Source: the human T2T-CHM13v2.0 reference genome, Homo sapiens
DNA length: 64,000 bases
Assembly (NCBI RefSeq): GCF_009914755.1
Contig: NC_060937.1
Direction: 5' to 3' (one strand)
Part shown: piece after piece, positions 53,620 to 64,000 of the stretch
Position numbering within the stretch: the stretch's first letter is position 1
Layout: every line of letters begins with the position of its first letter
Notes under the pieces: model-generated
Told to the model about the DNA's origin: nothing
Database searches by the model: none
What the model saw: the letters and a program-made list of their open reading frames with translations, nothing else
Translations under genes and position numbers: made by a program

Positions 53620-56180
53620 TTTAAAAAATAGTTTATATTTTAGAGCAGTTTTAGGCTCACAGCAACACTGAGCAGAAAGTACAGGGAATTCTTAAATACT
53701 CCACACCCCTACACATGCACAGCCTTCCTCACTATCAGCATTGGGCACAAGAGTGGCACATTGGTTACATTTGATGAACCTACATCAACACATTCTAATC
53801 ACCCCAAGCACAGATTACATTAGGGTTCACTCTTGGTGCTGTACATTCTATGGTTTGGACAAACATATAATGACACACACCATTATAGGATCACACAGAG
53901 TAGTTTCACTTCTCTAAAAACCCTGTGGACTTGAGTGAGGAGGTGCCAAGATGGCTGACTAGAAGCAGCTAGTGTGCGCCTCTCACAGAGAGGAGATAGA
54001 GTGGTGTTTAAACACCAGCTCTTCAACTGGATGGTCCAGGAGGGCAGGTTGGAATTCATCAAGAAAGCAACATGACCCATGGAGAACAGAGAACAAGGAG
54101 ACAGGGCAGCCACCCACCTGGGATTGGCTCAGAGCCAAGGGAGGCCCCCACTGCTGGGAAACCGTGAGTGAATGAGAGTCCCTGGGGACCCACGCTTCTA
54201 CCATGACCCTTTGCAATCCTAGGCAGAGGAGATCCCCCCGACCCTCTCCCGTGGGTGTTTTTAGACTGACACTGAGAGCTGCAGTGGAGTCTGGGCAGAG
54301 ACACCTAGGCCCATGTAGATCCCCAAGGGCTTGGACTCCTGAGCACCCTGGCGCCAGTTGCCATAGCTCTACCAACAAGGAAGGGCCAGACTCTGTCTCA
54401 TGTCCCAGAGTAGAGGCTGCATCCACAGTGCTGAGAAGCAGAAGGGCTGCAGGCCTCACCTCCACTATAGCTCTCCAGGCAAAACCCACTGGCTTGGGGC
54501 CTCAGCACAGCCACCTCACCCTGCCTGAGTCTTGGGCTGGGAACAGCTTTGCATTTCTCTGGGACAGAGCTCCCAGGGTTAACAGACAAGCCCGCCATTT
54601 TAGCCACTGCCACAGCCCCTGACCCTACTGCCTTCAGGCTGGACAGGGAGTGAAGAGCTAAAGGATTTGATGGTGGGCCTCCTGCACAGTACAGCTAGCT
54701 GCCTTATGAAAAATTGACAAGTCTGCTCTCCACAAGGTCTCTGTCCCTGCTACTCCACACTGGGTGGGGCTTCCGGATCTGGGCCCCTAGCACAGCCGCC
54801 CTGCCTCTGCTTGATCACTTCTGCGGTGGCTGTGCATTTCTCTGGAAAAAGGAAATCTCGGAGACGAGCCACGGGCTCTCTGCCATTGCCACTGCATGGG
54901 GTCCACCCTTGCTGCCCTCGGGCTGGGGAAGCAATAGAGCCTGAGTGCTTTACTCGTACCTCCAGCACACTACAGCCACCATACAGAGTGGAACCCAGTC
55001 TCTCTTCCCTGTGAACTCCCACCCCACTGCCCTTCACCAGGCAGGGCCTCCTAGCTCAGGCCTCGAGTGCAGCCACTGCACCTGCGGCTGAACATTCCCA
55101 TTGGCAGCAGCTCTGCATTTCTCTGGGTTGGAGCTCCCGGGGCAACCAAAAGCCTCTCTGCCATTGCCACTGCCAGTGGTACTGCCCTTGCTGCCCTAGG
55201 GCTGGGGAAGGCACCAAGATCCTGAATGCTTTACTAGACCTCCAGGAGGCTGCAGCTGCCCTAGGGAGAGGCCATTTTGTCTTCCCTGCAAATCCCCCTC
55301 TTCCTCTGCTCATAACCAGGCAGGGCCCTCCGGCTTGGGCCTGCAATGCAGCCCCCACCCTGGGTCGATCACTTTGATTGGCAGTGGATCTGTGTTTCTT
55401 TGGGGTGAAGCCCTAAGAGATAAGTGAAAGCCCCCCTTGCCCTTGTTGCCAGAAGCTGGGGAGGGAACAAAAAGTCTGAGCTCACCCCAGGGATGTGGTG
55501 CAGTCTGGGAGTGTTGAGCCGAGATTTGCAGCCAGCACTAGGTGAGAGAGGAGCGCCACACTCTGAAAGGACTGAGAGGGAGCAAGACTGTAAGCCCAGG
55601 ATATACAGTGGGGCCATGGGGGATGGAGAGAGGGAGGCAGGGGTTGAAAACTATCTATTGGGTATTATGCTGATTACCTGGGTCACAAAATTATCTGTAC
55701 ACCAAATCCCGCAACATGCAACAGACCGACACATGTATTCCCTGAACCTAAAATAAAAGTTGGAAAGAAATAAAAATAAAAATCCTCTGTGCCCTGCCTA
55801 GTCATCCCTCTCTCCCCTCCACCCTGACAACTATTGATCTTTTTTTATTTTTACATTTTTAAGTTGGGAATCCATTTTAAAATAGATTTTGTGTTTTAGA
55901 GCAGTTTTACATTCACAGCAAAATTGAGCAGAAGGTACAGAGATTTCCCATATATGCCTTACCACTGATCTTTTTTACTGTCGTCGTAGTTTTGCCTTTT
56001 TCAGAATGTCATATACTTTGAATCACATAGCAAGTAGCCTTTTCAGATTGTCTTCTTCCACTTAATAATATGTGTTTAAAGTTTCTCCATGTCTTTTCAT
56101 GGCTTGATAGCTCATTTATTTGTTATGATGAATAGTATTCCATTGCCAAATGTACCACAGTTTATTCACCTGTTGATGGT
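53620..56180 (-). mobile_element. L1MC1/2-like 3' end, split by a plus-strand L1 and a second short L1MC 3' piece (about 55846-55960)
   Basis: ttttagagcagttttagg.tcacagcaa...gtacag appears twice (about 53640 and 55895); collinear continuation at 55792. Confidence 0.8.
53928..55776 (+). mobile_element. Old primate L1 (L1PA13-16-like): 5'UTR joined directly to the 3' end, ORFs absent
   Basis: 5' end ccaagatggctgactagaagcagct (YY1 motif at 53946-53955); ~280-bp 5'UTR repeats; 3' end ...ccctgaacctaaaataaaagtt plus A-rich tail; TSD taaaaa(t)cc(t)ctgtg (53915 and 55777). Confidence 0.85.
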
Positions 56181-56208
56181 GCAATTTTGTTTAACCTTGT
56201 AATACTAG

Positions 56209-56553
<345 letters not shown>

Positions 56554-56919
56554 TATGCTTTTTTTTTAAAAAAAAATATTTTCAAACTTTTATTTTAGAT
56601 TCAGGGGGTACATGAGTAGGTTTGTTACCTGGGTATATTGTATGATGCTGAGGTTTGGGGTATAATTAAGTCTATCAGCCATGTACTGAGTGAGCATAGT
56701 ACCTAATAGTTGCCCCTCTTCCTCCCTCCCTCCTCCCCCCACCTCTAGTAGTCCCCAGTGTCTATTTTTGCCATCTTTATGTCCATGAGTACTCAATGCT
56801 TAGCTACCACTTATAAGTGAGAATATGTGATATTTGGTTTTCTGTTCTCATAGTTATTCACTTTGGATGATGGCCTCCAGCTACAACTAAGGTGTTGCAA
56901 AGAACATGATTACATTTTT

Positions 56920-57225
56920 TTTCTTTACTTTTCTTTTTTTGTTTTCTGAGATGGAGTCTTGCTCTGTCACTCAGGCTGGAGGGTAGTGGCACGATCTCAG
57001 CTCACTGCAACCTCTGCCTCCCAGGTTCAAGCAATTCTCTGCCTCAGATTCCCGAATAGCTGGGATTACAGGTGCCTGCCACCATGCCCGGCTAATTTTT
57101 GTATTTTTAGTAGAGACAGGGTTTCACCATTTTGGCCAGGCTGGTCTTGAACTCCTGACCTCGTGATCCACCTGCCTCAGACTCCCAAAGTGCTGGGATT
57201 ACAGGTGTGAGCCACAGCACCTGAT
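56920..57225 (-). mobile_element. AluS element inside L1
   Basis: TSD catgatt(a/t)cattttt (56905 and 57226). Confidence 0.95.
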
Positions 57226-60200
57226 CATGATTTCATTTTTTATGGCTGCATAGTATTTCATGGTGCATATATACCACATTTCCTTTATTCAGTCCACCAT
57301 TGACTGGCACCCAGGTTAATTCCTATGTCTTGGGTATGGTGAATAGTGCTGTAGTGAACATATGAATGCATGTGTTTTTTTGTAGAACAATTTATTTTCT
57401 TTTCCAGCGTCAAGTTGTAGCTCTGTTTTAAGTTCTTTGAAAATCTCCTGTTTTCCATAGTGGCTGAACTAATTTACATTCCCACCAACAGCATATAAAG
57501 GTTTCATTTTTTCTGCAGCCTCACCAACATCTGTTGTTTTTTGACTTTTTTATAATAGCCATTCCAACTAGTATGAGATGGCATCTCATTGTGGATTTGA
57601 TTTGAATTTCTCTGATTATTAGTGATGATAGGCATTTTACCATGTTTCTTGGCCACATATATGTCTTCTTTCAAGAAGTGTGCGTTCATGTCTTTCACCC
57701 ATTTTTAAAGGGGGTTGTTTTCTGCTTGTCGAATTTGTTTAAGTTCATTATAGATTGTGGATGTTAGACTTTTGTCAGATGCATAGTTTGCAAATATTTT
57801 CTCCAATTTTATAGGTTATCTGTTTACTCTGTTGATAGTCTCTTTTGCTGTGCAGAAGCTCTTTAATTAGGTTTCACTTGTCAATTTTTGTTTTTGTTGC
57901 AATTTCTTTTTTGGACTTAGTCATAAATTCTTCCCTAAGGCTTATATCCATTTCCTAGGTTTTCTTCCAGGATTCTTATAGTTTGATGTCTTATGTTTAA
58001 ATCTTTAATCCATCTTGAGTAAAATTTTATACATGGTGAAAGATAGGAGTCCAGTTTCATTCGGCATATGGCTTGCCAACTATCCCAGCACCATTTATTG
58101 AATAGGCAGTCCTTTCCCTGCTGCTTATTTTTGTCAGATTTGTCGAAGATCAGGTGGCTGTAGGTGTGTGGCTTTGTTTCTGGGTTTTCTATTATTTTTC
58201 ACTGGTCTATGTGTGTGCTTTTGTACCAGTGCCATGCTCTTTTTTGTTGCAATAGTCTTATAGTATAGTTTTATTTCAGGTAATGTGATACCACCAGCTT
58301 TGTTATTTTTGCTTAAAATTGCCTTGGCTATTTAGGCTTTTTTTGGTTTGTTTTATATGCATTTTAAAATAGTTTTTTCTAGTTTTGTGGAAAATTAAGT
58401 TGGTAAGTGGTTGGAATAGCAATGAATCTGTAGATTGCCTTGGGCAGTATGGCCATTTTGATATGATTTTGATGCGACATTGATTTGATATGATATTTTG
58501 ATATGATATTGATTTAATGATATTTTGATATGATACTGATTTTTTCCAATTCATGAATGTGGGATGTTTTTCCATTTGTTTCTGTCATGTATGATTTCTT
58601 TGAACAGTGTTTTGTAGTTCTTGTAAAGATCTTTCACCTCCTTGGTTAGGTGTATTCTTAGGTATTTTATTTTATTTTTTGAGGCTACTGTAAGTGCCAT
58701 TGCATTCTTGATTTGCCTGTTAGCTTGAACATAATGTTCAAGTGGTGTATAGAAATGATACTGATTTTTTTTACACTTATGTTATATCCTGAAACTTTAC
58801 TGAGATCAGGAGCCTTTGGTGGAGGCTGTAGGGTTTTCTAGGTATAGAATCATATCGTCAGTAAAGGGAGATGGTTTAACATCTTAGAATTTCTTTTATC
58901 TCTTTATCTTGCCTGACTGGTCTGGCTAGCATCTCCAGTACTATGTTGAATAGGAGTAGGAAGAGTAGGTATCCTTGTCCCGTTTCAGTTCTCAAAAGGA
59001 ATGCTTCCAGTTTTTGCCTTTTCAGTATGGTGCTGGCTGAGAGTTTGTCATAGACGGCTCTTATTATTTTGAGGTATGTTCCTTCAATGCCTAGTTTTTT
59101 GTGGGTTTTTTTTTTAAATTATAAAGTGATGTTGTATTTCATTGGAAGCTTTTTCTATGTCTATTGAGATGATCATATCATTTTCGTTGTTAATACTGTT
59201 TATGTGGTGAGTCACATTTACTAATTGCCTTGTATCCCAGGAATTAAGCCTACTTGGTCATGGTGAATTAACACTTTGATGTGCTGCTGGATTTGGTTTG
59301 CTAGTATTTTGTTTAGGAGTTTTTGTGTCTATATTTATTAGGGTTTTCTTTTTTCCTGTGTTTTGTCACTTAGGTGATGCAAGCTTCGTAGAATGAGTTG
59401 ACGAATCTCTCCTCCTCAAATTTTTTTTTTAATAGTTTCAGTAGAATTGGTACCAGCTCTTCTTTGCATGTCTGGTAGAATTTGGCTGTGAAACCATCCG
59501 GTCCAGGAGTTTATTTTTTGATTGGTAGTTTCATTTATTTATTTATTATGGATTCAATCTTGGAACTCAATATTGGTCTGTTTGGGGTTTTAATTTTTTC
59601 CTGATTTAATCTTGGGAGATTGTGTTTTCAGGAATTTATTTATTTCCTCCAGATTTTCTAGTTTATATGCATAGTTTATATCCACCTTCCCATTCTGTGC
59701 CTTTTAAGTGTGATCATAATAGTCTCTGAGAATCTTTTGTATTTCTGTGGAATTGGTTGTAATATTACCTTGTCATTTCTGATTGTGATTATTTGGATCA
59801 TTTTTTCTTTGTTAATCTAGCTAGTGGTCTATTAATCTTGTTTATCCTTTCAAAGAACCAGCTTTTGGCTTTGTCGATTATTTATATGGATTTTTGGGTC
59901 TCAATTTTGTTCAATTCTTTTCTGATTTTAATTATCATTTTTTTTGATTCTGCTAGCCCTGGGGCTAGTTTGTTCTTGTTTTTCTAGTTCCTCTAGGTGT
60001 GATGTTGGATCATTAATCTGAGATTTTTCTAACTTTTTGATGTAGGCATTTAGTCCTATAAACTTTCCTCCTAACACTGCCTTTGCTGCATCCCAGAGAT
60101 TTTGTTATGTTGTGTCTCTGTTTTCACTTATTTCAAATAAGTTTTTGATATCTGACTTAATTTTGTTGTTTGCTCAAAAGTTATTTAGGACAAGCTGTTT

Positions 60201-61368
60201 CATTTCCATGTAATTTTGTGGTTTTGAGGGATCCTCTTAGTATTTATTTATTTTTATTTTTATTCCACTGTGGCCTGAGAGTATGGTAGGTATGATTTCA
60301 ATTTGTTTTTGGAATTTGAGATTTGCTTTATGGCAGAGCATGTGGTTGATCTTGGAATATGTTCTGGTGCAGATGAGAAGAATGTATATTCTGTTGTTGA
60401 TGGGCGGAGTGTTCTGTAGATATTTATTAGGTCCAATTTGTCAAATTTAAGGTCATAATTTCTTGGTTTTCTGCCTTGATGATCTGCCTAACACTGCCAC
60501 TGGGGTGTTAAAGTCCCCCACTATTATTGTGTGGCTGTCTACTTATTTTTGTAGATTTAGAAGTATTTGTTTTACAAATCTGGGTTCTCCAGTGTTGGGT
60601 GCATATATATGATAGTAAGTCTTCTTGATGAATTGAACCCTTTAGCATTACATAATTACATAATACTTCTTTGTCCTTTTTTACTTTGTTGGTATAAAGT
60701 CTGTTTTATCCAATATAAGAATAGTGACCCTTGCTCTTTTTATGTTTTCTGTTTACATGGCAGATCTTTTTCCAAACCTTTACTTTGAGCTTGTGGGTGT
60801 CATTATGTGTGAAACGGGTCTCTTGAAGACAGAAGATAGATAGGTCTTTTTTTTTTTCCCCCACCTTCCCACTCTGTGCCTTTTAAGTGAGGCATTTAGA
60901 TTATTTACTTTCAAGGTTAATATTGATATGTGAGGTTTTGAGCCTATCGTGCAGTTGCTAGGTGGTTGCTTTGTAGTTTCTATTGTGTGGTTGCTTGATA
61001 GGGGGTGTAGGCTATGTACTTTAAGTATGTTTTTGTAGTAGCAGGTATTGTTCTTTCATTTCCATGTGTAGAACCACTTAAGGATCTCTTATAAGGCTGG
61101 TCTAGTGATAATGAATTCCCTTAGTGCTTGCTTGCCTTGAAAAGATTTTATTTCCCCTTTACTTATGAAGCTTAGTTTGATGGGATATGAAATTCTGGGT
61201 TGAAATTTTTTTTTTTTTTTTAAGAATGCTGAAAATTGACCCCCAGTCTATCCTGGTTTGTAAGGTTTCTGCTAAGAGGTCAGCTATTAGCCCAGTGGAG
61301 CTTTCTTTGTATGTAATGTGACCTTTTTCTGTAGCTGCTTTTAAGATTTTTCCTTTAGCATTGCCTTT

Positions 61369-61655
<287 letters not shown>

Positions 61656-62929
61656 TTAGCATTGCCTTTAAACAGCATGGGGATGACATGTATTTGTGAT
61701 GTTCATTTTCTATAGTATCTTTCAGGTGTTCTCTGGATTTCTTGTATCTGGCTGTCTACTTCTCTATCAAGATTAGGAATTTAAAAAAAAGTTGTTCCTC
61801 AAGTGTGTTTTCCAGGTTTTTTTTTTTTCTTCATCTCTCTCAGGAATGCCAATAATTTGCAGTTTTGGTCACTTTACATAATTCCATATTTCTTGAAGAT
61901 GTTTTTTATTTGTTAATGTCCTTTTCTTTAGTTTTATCTGACTAGTTTAGTTTGAAAGATTGTTGTTCAAGCTCTAAAATTTTTATTTTGCATGGTTCAG
62001 TCTATTGATAAAACTTTCAATTGAATTTTGAAATTACCTGAATGTATTAATTCTAGAAGCTCTGATTGATTTATTTTAAAGATATGTATCTCTTCCTTCA
62101 TTTCCTGGATTGCTTTCAAAGTTTTTTTGTGATGATTTTCAGTTTTCTCTTGGATCTCATTGAGATTCCTTGCAATCCATGATTTTCATTCTTTATCTGT
62201 CATTTCTGAGTTTCCATTTTGGTTAGGGACCATTGCTGGAAAGCTAGTGTGATCCTTTGGTATCGTTACATTCATATTTTTCATAGTGCCAGAATTCTTG
62301 CACTGGTTCTTTCTCATCTGGAGATGCTGGCACTTCTGATTTAAAAAAAAAAAAAAGATTTATTTTTTGCAGGTAGGATTAAAAAAAAAAAGATTTTTGT
62401 GCAGGTAGGATTTTTGTTTTTCTTTCTTTCCCTATAAAATTGTTATTTTCTTTCCTTTCTCCCTCCCTACCTAGTGTGTGTGACTTTAATGTTGAGTAGG
62501 GTCTTTTGGCTTTGCTTCCATAGCCCTATGCACTTCTGTCAATAGGTTTTTATTGGGGTATGAAGTTTGACCTATAAACCAGTGGATGCATGGTGCTTAT
62601 GGGTAACAGCTGGCCATGGCCAATGTGGCTGGGTATATACTTGATCCTTATTTACTGGGAGAAGCTCTGTGTTGCCTCAGGCAATGGGCTGATTCATGAA
62701 GTGCACAGTTGTCTGAACTCCATCCTCAGTCCTGGGGTATAGTGGGGCAGATGAGCAGATCTAGTCTGGGCAGGTTTGTTGCAGGTTCCCTGATGGCAAG
62801 CACCAGCCCCAGCACTGAGGGAGAATCCAGTGGGCAGCCACCAAGCACCCAGAGGTATGCCTAGGTGTGGAGCTGGGAAACTTCCTCAGCTTTAAGTTCT
62901 TTGCATGGGGATGGGGGATGGCCTAAACT

Positions 62930-63710
62930 CCTAATCTAGGAGAGTGGGTGCTCCAGATGCCTGAAAATCTGCCAGGCCATGTAGTGGAGAGGTGCCCTCT
63001 GGCACCAGGATCTCTGCACAAGAAAGGTGGGACAGCTGAGGCTGCTGTTCCAGGTGAGTGGTTGCTCCAAATGTCTGGAAATCTGCCTGAGCATGGAGCA
63101 GAGAAGGCCCCCCCTGCACCCAGATCTCTGCACAGGAATGATGGGGTGGCTCAGGCTGCCAATCTGGGCAAGCAGGTACTTTGAATGCTTGGAGATCTCC
63201 CCTGGTGTGGAGCAGAGAGGGATATCTGCACTACAATCTATGCCCAGAAAGGGTGGGGCAGCACAGCTTGCTGATCCAGGTGGGTGGGTGCTTTGAATGC
63301 CTGGAGATCTATCTGCCTGGCATGAAATGGAGAGGTGCCCCCTGTAAAGAATCTCTGTACAGGAAAGATAGGGTGATTCAGGCCACTATTCCATGTGAGT
63401 GGTTGTCCACATGCCTGGTGATCTGCCTCCGTGTGGAGCAGAGAGGGTCCCAGTGCACCGTGATCTATGCACAGGAAGGGTTGGGTGGCTCAGGTTGCTG
63501 ATCCAGGTGAGGGGGTGCTTTGACCTGGAGATCTGCCTGGTTATGGAGCAGAAGAGCCCTGCTGCACCTTGGTCTATGTCCATGATGGGTGGTGTGGCTC
63601 AGGCTGCTGGTCTGGGCAAGCAGGTCCTCTGAACACCTGGTTTTCTGCCTGAGGGTGGAGAAGAGATGACCCCGCTACACAATAATCTCAGAGGAGCAGG
63701 CTGGGGCACC
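62930..63710. repeat. About 7 copies of a ~112-bp degenerate tandem unit in the L1 5'UTR
   Basis: Marker atctgcc(tgg) recurs near 62968, 63081, 63195, 63311, 63421, 63531 and 63643. Confidence 0.85.
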
Positions 63711-64000
63711 CAGAAATGACACGTGAAGATCAGTTCCAGTTTGCTAAGCTGGTCCTGGCTGTAAGTCTTGTCATCCAGGGGAAACTGCCGCTGTAGCAGC
63801 TCTCCTCCTGCTCCAGGCCTACAGTGGTTGAGAACACAGTTCTGGTGTAGCTACTGCTCAGGCACTTTCCACAGTTCTGACTGTGGAGGTCCCTACCTTG
63901 CTCCAGAGCAGATGCTCCAATCTCTGGCCCAAGACTAAAATGCCCCTGCAGCCACACTGCCAGGTTACCAAACAATGGAGGTCTTTGTATATGCCCAGAT

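Noticed and set aside
53983-55756. Dense ORFs up to 168 aa on both strands
   Set aside because: A GC-rich L1 5'UTR has few stop codons; no recognisable protein family.
60860-60950. Local L1 ORF2 starts (also about 50880-50970) as the source of the 94-nt transduction
   Set aside because: Only family-level similarity with many mismatches, and no L1HS adjacent; a recent transduction should be near-identical to its source.
62930-63710. Regularly spaced repeats suggesting a CRISPR-like array or repeat protein
   Set aside because: Whole units are degenerate copies with no unique spacers; they lie in an L1 5'UTR in human DNA.

Overview
Human genomic DNA: it carries a human-specific L1HS-Ta insertion. 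The window is repeat-dense and looks intronic or intergenic. I found no supportable cellular protein-coding exon, and nearly all listed ORFs are repeat-derived or chance. Contents: an EIF4A1 processed pseudogene (minus strand, about 26.40-27.77 kb), a 3'-truncated 5S rRNA pseudogene (about 3.27 kb), about 16 Alu/FLAM/FRAM copies, L1s of many ages, a decayed ERVL provirus with nested MaLR/MLT2 LTRs, solo LTRs, MIR/L2 pieces and DNA-transposon relics. The most notable structures are: (1) a very young 5'-truncated L1HS Ta-1 with a 94-nt 3' transduction between two pure poly(A) tracts and a perfect 16-bp TSD; (2) a chimeric Alu at about 46 kb that carries the tail and unique 3' flank of another Alu 30 kb away in this window; (3) further locally templated insertion or duplication scars at 22.55, 53.35 and 59.68 kb; (4) a duplicated ~110-bp module with a GGAAGTGAAA ETS-IRF composite motif next to the young L1; (5) an old L1 reduced to 5'UTR plus 3' end between matching TSDs. 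I cannot support a claim of a wholly new biological system; these are unusual instances of known mechanisms. Repeat subfamily names come from recalled consensus sequences, and boundaries without TSDs are approximate.
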